DNA from: Thermoplasmata archaeon
Lineage (GTDB): Archaea; Thermoplasmatota; SW-10-69-26; JACQPN01; JAJPHT01
Length of the DNA: 30,123 nt
Reading direction: 5' to 3'
NCBI GenBank assembly: GCA_034667685.1
Contig: JAXDQU010000049.1
Location: forward strand, 1 to 30,123
The position numbers were made by a program, and so were the translations under genes. This document shows, in pieces, positions 6,858 through 17,191 of this stretch (positions are counted from its first letter, which is position 1; each line of letters starts with the position of its first letter). The notes beneath the pieces were generated by a model, which saw only the letters and a program-made list of their open reading frames with translations, was not told the origin of the DNA and searched no databases.

Positions 6858-8042
6858 TTACCACGGGTGGACGTCCACGGGCGTTCCGGCCGCGAGCGTC
6901 GTCCCCTCCGGCACGCCGATCCAGCCGTCGCTCGCCGCGATCGAGGTGAGCGCGCCGCTGGACTTGAACGTCGGGACCACGCGCCCCGCGTCGAGCTTCA
7001 CGGGCAGCACGAGGAAGCGATCCGGCTCGCCTCGCGCCTCGACCGCGAGCGGCGCGCGCGTGACCGACGCGGCCGCCGCCGGCAGGCCCGCCATCCTGCG
7101 CAATGCAGGCACGACGAAGAGGTGCGCGTTCGAGAGCGCGCTCGTGGGATTGCCGGGCAGCCCGACGACGAGCGCAGAGCCGATCCGGCCCGCGAGCATG
7201 GGCTTGCCGGGCTTCACGCGCACGCCGTGGAAGAGCACCTCGCCCGCCTCCGCGAGCGCCCCCGCGGCGTGGTCGCGCGCGCCCACCGACGCGCCGCCCG
7301 AGACCACGACGAGGTCCGCGCGCCCCGCCGCGGCCACGAGCGCCTCGCGCATCGCCTCGCGCTCGTCGGGCAGCCGCGGCAGCGCCTCCACCGCGCCGCC
7401 CGCCGCCGCGAAGAGCGCCCCCAGGGTCGTCGTGTTGCTGTCGAAGATGCGCAGCGGCTCGGGCGGCGCGCCGGGCGATAGCAATTCGTCCCCGCTCGAC
7501 AGGAGCGCCACGCGGGGCCGCGCGACGACCCGCACGCGCGCGAGCCCGACCGACGCGAGCAGGCCCAGCCGCGCGGGGGTGAGGACCTCGCCCCGCGAGA
7601 CGACGCGCGCGCCCTTCGCGAGGTCGACGCCGGCGGGGTCCACGAACTGGCCGGGCCTTGGGGGCATCTGTGCGCGCACCTGACCATGCTCCTCCGCGGC
7701 CTGCTCGACCTTCACCACGGCGTCGGCGCCCGGCGGCAGCGGCGCGCCCGTCGCGATCCGCGCGGCCTCTCCGGGGCCGATCCGCGGCAGGCTCGTCGCG
7801 CCGGCCGGCACCTCGCCCACGAGCTTCCGCGGGGCGGCGCCGTCGGCGGCCCACATCGCGTAGCCGTCCATCGTCGCGCGGGCGAAGGGGGGCACGTCGA
7901 AGGGGGCCGCGACGTCCTGCGCGCAGACCCGTCCGCACGCCTCGCGCAGCGGCAGCTCGTCCACGCGCGCGACGGGCCGGGCCGCGTCGAGGAGCCGCGC
8001 CCGGGCTTCGTCCATGCCGATGAGCGCGCCGAAGGGGCGCAT
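6858..8042 (-). CDS. moeA: Molybdopterin molybdotransferase MoeA (gephyrin E-like)
   Basis: DVPPFARATMDGYA, IATGAPLPPGADAVVKVE, SSGDEL, SGGASVG, KPGKP and LPGNP motifs. Start is 8042 or 8051. Confidence 0.95.
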   Translation of the reverse strand: MRPFGALIGMDEARARLLDAARPVARVDELPLREACGRVCAQDVAAPFDVPPFARATMDGYAMWAADGAAPRKLVGEVPAGATSLPRIGPGEAARIATGAPLPPGADAVVKVEQAAEEHGQVRAQMPPRPGQFVDPAGVDLAKGARVVSRGEVLTPARLGLLASVGLARVRVVARPRVALLSSGDELLSPGAPPEPLRIFDSNTTTLGALFAAAGGAVEALPRLPDEREAMREALVAAAGRADLVVVSGGASVGARDHAAGALAEAGEVLFHGVRVKPGKPMLAGRIGSALVVGLPGNPTSALSNAHLFVVPALRRMAGLPAAAASVTRAPLAVEARGEPDRFLVLPVKLDAGRVVPTFKSSGALTSIAASDGWIGVPEGTTLAAGTPVDVHPW

Positions 8043-8080
8043 GCCGTGCATGCGCGCGGAGCCCGGGGCGCCCCCTTGGC

Positions 8081-8088
8081 TTTATCTA
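8081..8088 (+). promoter_or_regulatory. TATA-like box upstream of the Zn-finger/folD pair
   Basis: TTTATCTA lies 25 bp before the ATG at 8113 in otherwise very GC-rich DNA. Confidence 0.55.
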
Positions 8089-8112
8089 GGCGAAGCCGCC
8101 TCGCCGCGGCGT

Positions 8113-8814
8113 ATGGCCGAGCCCCCCAGCGCGATCAGCACCCACTGCCCGGGGTGCGGCCAGGAGACGCTCCACACGGTGCTGCGCGGCACGATGGGCA
8201 CGAAGGGCGCCTTCGTCACGATCGACGCGACGGTCCAGTGCAGCGAGTGCCAGCACACGCACCACGTCGTGATGCGGGAGCCGAAGCCCGTCGAGGTGCC
8301 CGTCGTCGTCAGCCGCGCGGGCCAGTCGGTGCGCGCGAAGGTCGAGCTCTCGCCCGAGGACGAGGTGACCTTGGGCGAGGCGCTCGTCGTCGAGGGCAAG
8401 ACGTGCAAGCTCACCGGCATCGAGGCCAAGGACCTGCGTCGCGTCGAGGACGCGCGCGTCGCCGAGGTGCTGACGCTCTGGGCGAAGGAGTTCGAGGAGA
8501 TCGCCGTCGGCTTCGCGATCAACCTCGGCAAGAAGACCATCACGAAGGTCGTCGCCGCGCCGCCCGGGCAGGAGTTCAGCGTCGGCGAGGAGTTCGTCTT
8601 CGGCCGCCTGCGCGTCACGGTGCACGCGATCAAGACCGAGGAGCGCCTCGTGAAGCGCGGCAGCGCGGAGGCGGGCGAGATCAAGCGCGTCTTCGCGCAG
8701 CCCACCCCGCTGGGCGGCGAGAAGTACCGTCCCCCCAAGGCGCAGCGCGACCAGTCGCGCCGGGACAAGGAGCGCGCGGCGGGAGGCGTCCCCAGGGGGC
8801 GCCGCCAGGAATGA
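8113..8814 (+). CDS. Archaeal Zn-finger protein (HVO_0476-like family)
   Basis: CPGC…H.VL…QCSECQHTH zinc ribbon, followed by two beta-rich repeats (V.VVVS…TGIE…LWAK…IKRVFA). Confidence 0.75.
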   Translation: MAEPPSAISTHCPGCGQETLHTVLRGTMGTKGAFVTIDATVQCSECQHTHHVVMREPKPVEVPVVVSRAGQSVRAKVELSPEDEVTLGEALVVEGKTCKLTGIEAKDLRRVEDARVAEVLTLWAKEFEEIAVGFAINLGKKTITKVVAAPPGQEFSVGEEFVFGRLRVTVHAIKTEERLVKRGSAEAGEIKRVFAQPTPLGGEKYRPPKAQRDQSRRDKERAAGGVPRGRRQE

Positions 8815-9653
8815 GCGCGCGCATCCTCGACGGCAAGGCCATCGCGGCCGAGATCCGCGCCGACATCGCGCGCCGTGTCAAGGCCGCCGGCCGCCAGCCC
8901 GGGCTCGCGGTCATCCTCGTGGGCGACGACCCCGCGAGCCACACGTACGTCAACAGCAAGGAGAAGGCCGCGAAGGAGTGCGGCTTCCTGAGCATCGTCG
9001 AACGATATCCCGCGGACGTCACCGAGGCCGCGCTGCTATCACGGGTCGAGGCGATGAACCGCGACCCGCGCGTCCACGGCTTCTTCGTCCAGTTCCCCGT
9101 CCCAAGGCAGATCGACGGCGAGAAGGTCATGCGCGCCGTCTCGCCGGACAAGGACGTCGACGGCTTCCACCCGCTCAACCAGGGCCTGCTGCTCCAGGGC
9201 CAGCCGCGCTTCCTGAGCGCCACGCCGCGCGGCGTCGTCGAGCTCATCATGCGCGCGGGCGGCGCCGCGGGCAAGCGCGTCGTCATCCTCGGCCGGAGCA
9301 ACACCGTGGGCAAGCCGCTCGCGGCCGCGCTCATGAGCAAGGGCCCGCGGGCCGACGCCACCGTCACCGTCGCGCACTCGCGCACGCCCGACCTCGCCAA
9401 GCTCTGCCGCGAGGCCGACGTGCTCGTCGCCGCGATGGGCCAGCCGCGCCTCGTCCGGGGCGACTGGATCAAGCCCGGCGCCACCGTCATCGACGTGGGC
9501 ACCTCGCGCGTGGAGGGCAAGCTCGTGGGCGACGTGGACTTCGACGCCGCGAAGGAGGTCGCGGGCTGGATCACGCCCGTGCCCGGCGGCGTGGGGCCCA
9601 TGACGATCGCGATGCTGATGCTCAACACGCTCGAAGCCGCGGGCATCCCCTGA
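8811..9653 (+). CDS. folD: Bifunctional methylenetetrahydrofolate dehydrogenase/cyclohydrolase
   Basis: ILDGKAIA, LAVILVGDDPASHTYV, KDVDGFHPLN, GRSNTVGKP, VIDVG, ITPVPGGVGPMT. ATGA overlap with the upstream stop. Confidence 0.97.
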   Translation: MSARILDGKAIAAEIRADIARRVKAAGRQPGLAVILVGDDPASHTYVNSKEKAAKECGFLSIVERYPADVTEAALLSRVEAMNRDPRVHGFFVQFPVPRQIDGEKVMRAVSPDKDVDGFHPLNQGLLLQGQPRFLSATPRGVVELIMRAGGAAGKRVVILGRSNTVGKPLAAALMSKGPRADATVTVAHSRTPDLAKLCREADVLVAAMGQPRLVRGDWIKPGATVIDVGTSRVEGKLVGDVDFDAAKEVAGWITPVPGGVGPMTIAMLMLNTLEAAGIP

Positions 9654-9705
9654 GTCAAAGCCTCCATCCAATCACGGGAATACCCCTCGGTCGCACCGAC
9701 GGCCC

Positions 9706-10296
9706 ATGCGCGCCGTCTTCCCGACCCTGACCCTGCTCCTGGTCCTGCTCGCCCCCCTCGCCGCCGCGCAGGTGCCCGACCCGGTGGCGACGGCGTGCGG
9801 CGCGTTGGGCGCGGCGCCGCAGGTCAAGGACAAGGTGCCGCTCTGCCCCGAGGAGAGCCCCGCGCCCGCGGATCCGGCCGACGCGCAGCACGTCCACAAC
9901 GAGACGGCGCCGCCGGCGATCCCGCAGGACCCGCAAGGCCTCGCGCAGGACGCGCAGCAGGCCGCGCAGGGCGCCGCGCAGGACCCGCCCAGCGCCCCCT
10001 CGCGCCTCGCGGGCTTCGTGGCGACGCTCGTCGAGTTCGTGAAGCACCTGATCCACCTGCCCGGCGTGGGCGCGGCGAAGGCCGCGACCGCGGCGGTGGA
10101 CGTCGGCCACGCGATGACGCACGCCGCCTCCGCCGTGAAGGCGCAGGCCGCGAAGGCGATCTCCGTCGTGGCGGGCCTCTTCCACCGCGAGCCGGCCGCC
10201 GCGCCGAAGCTTCCGCAGGCGAGGGCGCCCACGCTGCCGACGACGAAGGTGCGCGTCCCGCTAGACCTGCAGAAGGTCCTTCACCGGGCAAAGTAG
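9706..10296 (+). CDS. Secreted hypothetical protein, Ala/Pro/Gln-rich
   Basis: Signal peptide MRAVFPTLTLLLVLLAPLAAA/Q and a Cys pair. Its 3' end overlaps the convergent rfbH fusion by 16 bp. Confidence 0.6.
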   Translation: MRAVFPTLTLLLVLLAPLAAAQVPDPVATACGALGAAPQVKDKVPLCPEESPAPADPADAQHVHNETAPPAIPQDPQGLAQDAQQAAQGAAQDPPSAPSRLAGFVATLVEFVKHLIHLPGVGAAKAATAAVDVGHAMTHAASAVKAQAAKAISVVAGLFHREPAAAPKLPQARAPTLPTTKVRVPLDLQKVLHRAK

Positions 10297-12509
10297 GCGT
10301 CGAAGCGCTCCAGCGTGTAGCGGATCATCTCGTCCGTCAGACCCGGATACACGCCAATGAAGAACGTGTCGCGCATGATCCGGTCGCTGTTCTCCAGCGT
10401 GCCGTGGACGCGGCGCGGGATGTCGAGGTACGCCGGCTGGCGGAGGATGTTGCCCCCGAAGATTTGCCGGGTCTCGACGTTGCCCGTCTCCAGGAACTGC
10501 ACGAGCTGCGTGCGGTTGACGCCCTTCTCCACGGTGATCGGCAGGCCGAACCACGAGGGATCGCTGCGCGGGTCGAGGCGCGGCAGGATCAGCTTGTCCT
10601 CGTGCTTGCGCAGGCCCTCGTAGAGCTTGTGGAAGTTGCGCTTGCGCGCCTCGATGAAGCCGTCGAGCCGATCGAGCTGCGCGACGCCCACCGCGGCCTG
10701 CATGTCGGTCGGCTTGAAGTTGTAGCCGACGTTGGTGTAGATGAACTTGTGATCGTAGCCGTGCGGAAGCTCTCCGAGCTGCCAGCCGAAGCGCATGCCG
10801 CACGAGTTCGATTCGCCGGTGGCGCACCAGCAGTCGCGCCCCCAGTCGCGCACGCTCTTGACGATGCGCGTCAGGCGCGGGTTGTTGACGACGACGCCGC
10901 CCCCCTCGCCCATCGTGATGTGGTGCGCCGGGAAGAACGATATCGTCGCCAGGTCGCCAAACGTGCCCACGGGCTTGCCGCGCCACGTGCCGCCCAGCGC
11001 GTCGCACGTGTCCTCCATGAGCCAGAGGTCGTGCTCCTCGGCCAGGCGCGTCATGACGTCCATGTCGCACGGGTTGCCCAGCGTGTGCGGGATGACAATG
11101 GCCTTCGTCTTGGGCGTGATCGCCTCCTCGACGAGCTTGGGGTCGACGTTGTACGTGCCGATCTCGCAGTCCACGAACACGGGCGTCATGCCGCCGTGCA
11201 CGATGGGCGCCAGCGTCGTGGGGAACGTGACGGCGGGCGTGATGACCTCGTCGCCCGCCTTCAGATGATCGGGCAGGAGCTTGCTCTGCAGGCTCATGAT
11301 GGCGCAGAGGTTCGCCGTCGAGCCCGAGTTGACGAGCGCGAAGTCGCGCGCGCCGAACATCTTCTTCATGCGCGTCTCGAAGACGTCGCCCCACGGGCCC
11401 ATGGTGAGCCAGAAGTCGAGGCTGGAGTCGACGAGATTCACCATCTCCTCCTGGCCGAAGACGCGCCCCGCGTACTGGATGCGCGTCTTGCCGGGCGTGA
11501 ACGTCTTCTTGCCGTGCACCACGTCGTGGTACTCGCGCACCTTGGCGAGGATCTCCTGCTTGAGGCGCTCGCCCTGCTCGTTGGCCGCGGCGCGGACGGG
11601 CATCGCGTGCGTGTCGGCGCGCCAGTGGCGCCGGAAGCGCTTCATCGCCTCGCCCAGCGCCATCGCCTCGGTGCCCAGCACCTTCTCCAGCTTCTCGGTG
11701 GCGAGGCCGCCCTGCAGCGGCCGGCGCGCGACCTGCTTCGTCGCGGAGGTGGGCACGCCCTTGACGAGCGTGGGCTGGAGGAGCATCGCCTTCGCCAGCT
11801 CGCGGGCGAGGTCGGCGCGCGAGATGCGCTCGCGCCCCACGACGTTGATCGTGCCCACGTCGCCCTGCTGCGCGAGGCGCACGCTGACCTCCGCGAGGAA
11901 GTCGGCGAGCGTGGGGTTCGTGAGCTGGTCGTTCGGGACTTGCATCTCGCCGCCGCCCGAGAGCTTCTCCCAGACCTGCATGGCGAAGTTCTTCGACTGC
12001 CGGTCCCAGCCGTACACCGCGGTCGTGCGCAGGATGAGGTGGCGCGCGGGGTCCGCCTCGCGCACGATGCGCTCCGCCTCGGCCTTCGTGCGGCCGTAGA
12101 CGCTGACGGGCGAGAGCGGCGCGTCCTCGGAGTAGGGGCCATCGGCGCCGTCGAAGACGTAGTCGGTGGAGTAGTAGATCACCTGCGCGTGGTGCTTCTT
12201 CGCCGCGGCCGCCACGTGGCGCGTGCCCTCGACGTTGATCGCCTGCGCCTCGGCCGGGTCCTTCTCGCAGGCGTCGACGCCGCCCGAGGTGTTCACGCAG
12301 AGGAAGACGTGGTGCGGCTTCATCGTCGCGATGGCCTGCTCCACGGCGCGCGCGTCGCGCACGTCGAGCGCCACGCCGCCCGGGCGCACGCGCGAGCGCG
12401 ATGCCGCCACGACCTGGAATCCCTCGCGCTCCAAGACCGACACCAGCGCGCCGCCCACGAGGCCGGAGGCGCCGATGACCATGGCCCGCCGCGGTCCGTT
12501 CTCAACCAT
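10281..12509 (-). CDS. rfbH: Fusion of an RmlD-like SDR reductase (N-terminal ~300 aa) and CDP-4-keto-6-deoxyglucose 3-dehydrase RfbH/DdhC (E1)
   Basis: N-part: GASGLVG, STDYVFDG, YGRTK, VPNDQ. C-part: VNSGSTANL, FPTTLAP, HTLGNP, EDTCDALG, SFFPAHHITMGEGG (His at the usual Schiff-base Lys position), RDWGRDCWC…C, GYDHK. Confidence 0.9.
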   Translation of the reverse strand: MVENGPRRAMVIGASGLVGGALVSVLEREGFQVVAASRSRVRPGGVALDVRDARAVEQAIATMKPHHVFLCVNTSGGVDACEKDPAEAQAINVEGTRHVAAAAKKHHAQVIYYSTDYVFDGADGPYSEDAPLSPVSVYGRTKAEAERIVREADPARHLILRTTAVYGWDRQSKNFAMQVWEKLSGGGEMQVPNDQLTNPTLADFLAEVSVRLAQQGDVGTINVVGRERISRADLARELAKAMLLQPTLVKGVPTSATKQVARRPLQGGLATEKLEKVLGTEAMALGEAMKRFRRHWRADTHAMPVRAAANEQGERLKQEILAKVREYHDVVHGKKTFTPGKTRIQYAGRVFGQEEMVNLVDSSLDFWLTMGPWGDVFETRMKKMFGARDFALVNSGSTANLCAIMSLQSKLLPDHLKAGDEVITPAVTFPTTLAPIVHGGMTPVFVDCEIGTYNVDPKLVEEAITPKTKAIVIPHTLGNPCDMDVMTRLAEEHDLWLMEDTCDALGGTWRGKPVGTFGDLATISFFPAHHITMGEGGGVVVNNPRLTRIVKSVRDWGRDCWCATGESNSCGMRFGWQLGELPHGYDHKFIYTNVGYNFKPTDMQAAVGVAQLDRLDGFIEARKRNFHKLYEGLRKHEDKLILPRLDPRSDPSWFGLPITVEKGVNRTQLVQFLETGNVETRQIFGGNILRQPAYLDIPRRVHGTLENSDRIMRDTFFIGVYPGLTDEMIRYTLERFDAYFAR

Positions 12510-12951
12510 GCTTGAGCCCCCAGTCGTATGGAATGTCCTTGCTGAACGGATCGACGCGGATCATCTCGCCGGGCGTGTGCGGCATCGTCGCGCAGTTGGC
12601 GACCATGGCGGGCTTCGTGCCGATGCACTTCCAGCCGTTGTGCACACCGGGCGGAATCTTCGCGAGCTGGTAGTTGTCCTCGCCCAGGAAGATCTCCTGG
12701 AGCTTGCCCCGGGTGGGCGACCCGGCGCGGTCGTCGTAGACGACGAGCTTGATCATGCCCACGGGCACCGCGTAGTTGAGCGCCATCTTCGTGTGGACGT
12801 GCCACGCCTTGACGACGCCCGGGTACGCGGTGGAGAAGTAGATCTCGCCGAAGCGCTCGAAGTGCGGCGCGTCCTCGCGCAGCATGTGCATCACGGTGCC
12901 GCGCTCGTCGGGGATCTTGCGGAGCGGGACGACCTGCACGCCCTCGATCAC
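12502..12951 (-). CDS. Cupin-fold NDP-4-keto-6-deoxyhexose 3,5-epimerase family protein
   Basis: IPDERG…FGEIYFS…VKAWHVH…IPPGVHNGW…PYDW. The GTG start overlaps the upstream stop. Confidence 0.85.
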   Translation of the reverse strand: MIEGVQVVPLRKIPDERGTVMHMLREDAPHFERFGEIYFSTAYPGVVKAWHVHTKMALNYAVPVGMIKLVVYDDRAGSPTRGKLQEIFLGEDNYQLAKIPPGVHNGWKCIGTKPAMVANCATMPHTPGEMIRVDPFSKDIPYDWGLKHG

Positions 12952-13988
12952 GCGGGGCCACCTCGGACGCGGAGGCTCGGGTCGATGCGGCCGCGCTCCG
13001 CAAGGTATTGCAGCTGGCGGAGCCGGATGTAGCGGCGGTCGTCGAGCGCGCTTTGCGTGAGCTTGGCCTGCTGGAACGCAAGGGCGAGCTCCTTGGCGCC
13101 GCTGCGTGCGTTCCACTTGGGCGTCCAGCCCAGCGTCTGCTTGATCTTCTTGAACGAGACGCGGTAGCTGCGCGCGTCGGCGCTGGCGCCGGGCGCGTAC
13201 TCGACGCTGGTGCCACTCACTGTCTCGGCGACGATGGCCGCGAGGTCGCGCACCTGGTAGTTCTCGGAGTCGCCGCCCACGTTGAACGCCTGGTCGTGGA
13301 CCTTGTCGGTCGGGGCCCGAAGGGCCGCGACGACCGCCGTGGAGATGTCTTCGATGTGCGCGATCGGGCGCCAGGGGGTGCCGTCGCTCATGACGCGGAT
13401 CTTGCCGGTCGTGATCGCCCACGCGGTGAGGTTGTTGAGCACGAGGTCGAGGCGCAGCCGCGGCGAGACGCCGTACGCGGTCGCGTTGCGCATGGAGACG
13501 GGCGCGAAGTCCGCGGAAGCGAGGCCGTGCAGGTCCTGCTCGGTGCGCACCTTGGAGAGCGCGTAGGGCGTGAGCGGGTTCTGCGGCGAGGTCTCGTCTA
13601 CCGCGCCGTCGCCTCCGGCCGCGCCGTAGAGCGAGCACGACGAGGCGAACACGAAGCGCGACACGCCGGCCTGCTTGGCGAGCTTGGCGAGGCGCACCGA
13701 GGCGACGTGGTTGATATCAAGGGTGACCTCGGGCGCGAGATTGCCCATCGGGTCGTTGCTGATGGCGGCGAGGTGGACCACGGCGTCGAAGCCGCGCAGA
13801 TCGCTGGCCTGCACGTCGCGCACGTCGCGCCACAGGGCGGGGACGGCGGGCGGCTCGGTCAGGAACGCGCAGTCGTCGTAGTAGCCCACGTCGAGGCCGG
13901 TGACGTCGAAGCCGGACTCCTTCAGGACGCGCGCCATGACGGCACCGATGTAGCCCGCGTGGCCGGTGAGAAGGACCTTCTGCGTCAC
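12948..13988 (-). CDS. NAD-dependent epimerase/dehydratase (extended SDR)
   Basis: [44 protein letters not shown]. Confidence 0.9.
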   Translation of the reverse strand: MTQKVLLTGHAGYIGAVMARVLKESGFDVTGLDVGYYDDCAFLTEPPAVPALWRDVRDVQASDLRGFDAVVHLAAISNDPMGNLAPEVTLDINHVASVRLAKLAKQAGVSRFVFASSCSLYGAAGGDGAVDETSPQNPLTPYALSKVRTEQDLHGLASADFAPVSMRNATAYGVSPRLRLDLVLNNLTAWAITTGKIRVMSDGTPWRPIAHIEDISTAVVAALRAPTDKVHDQAFNVGGDSENYQVRDLAAIVAETVSGTSVEYAPGASADARSYRVSFKKIKQTLGWTPKWNARSGAKELALAFQQAKLTQSALDDRRYIRLRQLQYLAERGRIDPSLRVRGGPA

Positions 13989-14755
13989 TTCCACACCTTC
14001 CAGGGCGCCTGGCCGCTCTGCCAGAGCGACTCCAGGAGGCGCACGTCGCGCAGCGTGTCCATGCACTGCCAGAAGCGGTCGTGCCGGTAGCCGACGAGCT
14101 GGCCGTCGGCGGCGAGGCGCTCCAGCGGCGCGCGCTCGAAGATCGTCTCGTCGCCCTCGATGTAGTCGAAGACGCCCGGCTCCAGCACGAAGAAGCCGCC
14201 GTTGATCCACCCCTCGCCGATCTGGGGCTTCTCGGTGAAGCTGCGCACCTGGTCGCCCTGGAACTCCAGGCCGCCGAAGCGCGCGGGCGGGCGCACCGCC
14301 GTGACGGTGGCGAGCTTGCCGTGGCGCTTGTGGAAGGCCAACAGGTCCTGGACGGGGACGTCGGCCACGCCGTCGCCGTAGGTGAGCATGAACGTCTTGC
14401 CGCCGACGTAGGGCGCGACGCGCTTGACACGGCCACCGGTCTGCGTGTGGAGGCCCGTGTCCACGAGGTCGATCTTCCAGTCGAGGCCGCGCGACTCCTC
14501 GACGCGCACCTCGCCGCTCCCTAGGTCGACGCGGACGTTGTTCTGCAGCCGGTGGTAGTCGAGGAAATATTGCTTGATGACCTCGCCCTTGTAGCCGCAG
14601 GCGATGACGAACTCCTTGCACCCCTGCGCGGCGTAGATGCTCATGATGTGCCAGAGCATCGGGCGGCCGCCGATCTCGACCATCGGCTTCGGCTTCGCGG
14701 CGGTTTCTTCGGAGAGCCGGGTGCCCAGCCCGCCCGCCAGGATGGCGACCTTCAT
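13985..14755 (-). CDS. rfbF: Glucose-1-phosphate cytidylyltransferase
   Basis: [59 protein letters not shown]. Confidence 0.95.
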   Translation of the reverse strand: MKVAILAGGLGTRLSEETAAKPKPMVEIGGRPMLWHIMSIYAAQGCKEFVIACGYKGEVIKQYFLDYHRLQNNVRVDLGSGEVRVEESRGLDWKIDLVDTGLHTQTGGRVKRVAPYVGGKTFMLTYGDGVADVPVQDLLAFHKRHGKLATVTAVRPPARFGGLEFQGDQVRSFTEKPQIGEGWINGGFFVLEPGVFDYIEGDETIFERAPLERLAADGQLVGYRHDRFWQCMDTLRDVRLLESLWQSGQAPWKVWK

Positions 14756-14900
14756 GGGAATGGGTCGCGCACCCGGCCGGCGCCCGATAAGACTTGCTCT
14801 CCCAGCCCTGGAGATTGTCCCCTCTCCGCACGAAGACCGACGGCCGAGGCCTCCGACGTCTCGTCTTGCTGGTTCTGGGCCGCCTGCGGCGGGGAAACCG

Positions 14901-15045
14901 CCGAATCTCCGAATCTCGGAATCTCCGCCTCGTGACCTGGGAGAAAAACCCGAGAACCCGAAGACCCGAGAACCCGATCCCGGATTCGCGTCGACGGGTC
15001 CTCGGGTTTCCACCAGGGTCACGAAGCGGAGATTCCGAGATTCCG
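14901..15045. repeat. Nested palindrome built from two octamer arrays
   Basis: CCGAATCT CCGAATCT CGGAATCT (14901-14924) and CCCGAGAA CCCGAAGA CCCGAGAA (14949-14972). Outer inverted repeat 14911-14940 / 15013-15043; inner inverted repeat 14946-14960 / 14995-15009. Confidence 0.85.
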
Positions 15046-15132
15046 CTGCTTACCGCGCGGAGCGCGCCCAGCCGAACAAGACCTTGCTTCGGGGGCTCCG
15101 ACCACCGGCCTTCGTGGGAGAGGCCACGGCGC

Positions 15133-16260
15133 TCAGGAGCAGCCCGCCACGTCCCGAATGGCCCGCTCGATGGCCTGGCAGTACGGCCCCTGGGTGAAGC
15201 GCTCCTCCACCCGCGCGCGGCCCGCGGCGCCCAGCTTCGCCCGGAGCGCGGGGTCGGCGGCCAGCCTCGCCAGCGCGTCCGCGAGCGCGGCCGGATCGCG
15301 CGGGGGCACGAGCAGCCCGGTCTGGCCGTCGAGCACCGCCTCGCGCGTGCCGTCGACGTCCGCCGCGACCACAGGCAGCGCGTGCGCCATCGCCTCGAGG
15401 TTCACGCGGGCGAAGGGCTCCTCCACGGCGGGGTTGACGAAGACGTCGAACGTGTCGAGCCACGAGTCGACCTCGGGCTGCCGCCCCACGAGGAGGAACG
15501 TCTTCTCCAAGCCGGCGCGCGAGACGGCCTCGCGCACCTGCCGCACGTAGGCCTCCTCGCCCAGGCCGCCGACGACGACGTAGCGCGCGTCCACGCCGCG
15601 TTGCTGGAGGATCGCCGCCGCGTCGACCAGATGGTGGATGCCCTTGCGCGGCTGCACGCCGCCCACCATGCCGAAGATCGGGACGCGCGGGTCGGCGGCG
15701 CCCACCTCGGCGCGGTGGCCCGGCTGGCGCGGCGGCGGGAGCGGGATGCCGTTGTGGACGACGCGGATGCGCGAGGCGGGGATGCCCTTCGCCACGAGCG
15801 CGTCGGCCGTCGCCTGCGACACCGCGAGGAGGAGCTTCGGCACGCGGCGCAGGACGCGGACCCGCGCGCGCCGCTCCACGTCGCCCTCCAGGTAGCTGCG
15901 CCCCTCGTGCACGTGCACGAGCGCAGGCACGCCGGCCATGCGCGCGGCCACGAGCGGCGCGGTGTGCGAGATCGTGTTCACGTACACGACGTCGGCGCGC
16001 TCCTCGCGCAGCAGCCGCGCGATCCGGCGCACGTAACGCCAGCGGCGCGTGACGGCCTTCAGCTTTCCTTCGCCGTAGGGCGGCCGCGGCAGGACGAGCG
16101 CGCGGTGGCGCGGCAGCTTCGCCACGGCGTCGAGCAGCGGCCCGGCGACGGGCGAGACCAGCAGCCGGTCGTCCTCGCCCGCCGTGGCCTCCAGGTAGTC
16201 GAGCAGCATGCGCTGCGCGCCCAGGAGGTTCCCGTCATGGCTGAACAGGACGACCCGCAC
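15133..16260 (-). CDS. Glycosyltransferase family 4 (GT-B)
   Basis: [42 protein letters not shown]. Confidence 0.92.
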   Translation of the reverse strand: MRVVLFSHDGNLLGAQRMLLDYLEATAGEDDRLLVSPVAGPLLDAVAKLPRHRALVLPRPPYGEGKLKAVTRRWRYVRRIARLLREERADVVYVNTISHTAPLVAARMAGVPALVHVHEGRSYLEGDVERRARVRVLRRVPKLLLAVSQATADALVAKGIPASRIRVVHNGIPLPPPRQPGHRAEVGAADPRVPIFGMVGGVQPRKGIHHLVDAAAILQQRGVDARYVVVGGLGEEAYVRQVREAVSRAGLEKTFLLVGRQPEVDSWLDTFDVFVNPAVEEPFARVNLEAMAHALPVVAADVDGTREAVLDGQTGLLVPPRDPAALADALARLAADPALRAKLGAAGRARVEERFTQGPYCQAIERAIRDVAGCS

Positions 16261-17191
16261 GGGCCTTGCCCTCCTCGCGGCGCTTGCGCGCGAGCGTCTT
16301 CGCGTAATAGCCGAGGTCGCGCCACCGGCGCACCTGCCCGGGCGTGCGCGCGAGCGCCGCGAGGCCCGTCAGCGGACGCCCGTTGAGCCCGAGCGCGACC
16401 GCCTTGCGCGCGCGGATCCAGCCGAGCGAGTCCCGCGCGGCGCGATGCGCCTGCTTCTGCCCGGCGCGGCGCGCGGCTTCGGCGGCACGCGCCACCGCCT
16501 TCTCCTCGCTCTCCAGGCGCGTCAGCTCGCCGCGCACGCTCTGGAGGCGGTCGGTGTCGCTGCCGTACCCGATGCGGTACTTCGCCACCGGCTCGGCCAG
16601 GAGCGCGACGTCGCCCGCGAGCGAGGCGCGCAGCCACATGCCCCAGTCGGTGGCGAAGCCGATGTCCTCGAAGCCGCCCGCCTTGGCGTAGACGCCGCGG
16701 CGCACGAGCACGCCCGGGCAGCGCACGAAGTTCTCGCGGACCATGCGCGCGAACGCCTCGGCGCCGGGCACGAGCGCGTCCCGCTCCGCGACGCGGTGGT
16801 GGCCCACCTTCGCGCCCTTGCCGTCGATGAGCGTCACGGAGCCCACGGCGAGGCTCGCCGAGGGGTGCGCGTCCAGCGCCGCGAGCGCGCGAGCGAGGAA
16901 GTCCGGAAGCAGCGCGTCGTCGTCGTGCAGGAGCAGCACGTCGGCGTCCGGGCCCGCCAGCTCCACGCAGCGGTTCCAGTTGCGCGCCATCGAGAGCTGC
17001 GCCGGGTTGCGGTGATAGCGAACGCGCGCGTCGGGGAAGTCGCGCACCACCTCGGCGGCGACGCCCTTCGTGCCGTTGTCGACCACGAGGCACGTCAGGT
17101 CGCGGTGCGTCTGGGCGAGCACGCTGGCGATCGCCTCGCGCAGGTACGCGTCGCGGTCGATCGTGGGGATCGCGACGACGACGCGGGCCAC
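16235..17191 (-). CDS. Glycosyltransferase family 2 (GT-A)
   Basis: VAIPT…LREAIASVLAQT…VVDN, LLHDDD, GGF, DWGMWLR. Confidence 0.9.
   Translation of the reverse strand: MARVVVAIPTIDRDAYLREAIASVLAQTHRDLTCLVVDNGTKGVAAEVVRDFPDARVRYHRNPAQLSMARNWNRCVELAGPDADVLLLHDDDALLPDFLARALAALDAHPSASLAVGSVTLIDGKGAKVGHHRVAERDALVPGAEAFARMVRENFVRCPGVLVRRGVYAKAGGFEDIGFATDWGMWLRASLAGDVALLAEPVAKYRIGYGSDTDRLQSVRGELTRLESEEKAVARAAEAARRAGQKQAHRAARDSLGWIRARKAVALGLNGRPLTGLAALARTPGQVRRWRDLGYYAKTLARKRREEGKARAGRPVQP

Noticed and set aside
14756-15022. N-terminal extension of RfbF in the ORF track
   Set aside because: It runs through the octamer repeat region. RfbF similarity begins at MKVAILAGG (14755), which has its own TATA-like CTTATC about 30 bp upstream.
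14756-15132. tRNA or known ncRNA in the long intergenic gap
   Set aside because: No cloverleaf or T-loop pattern was recognised; only the nested palindrome is supported.
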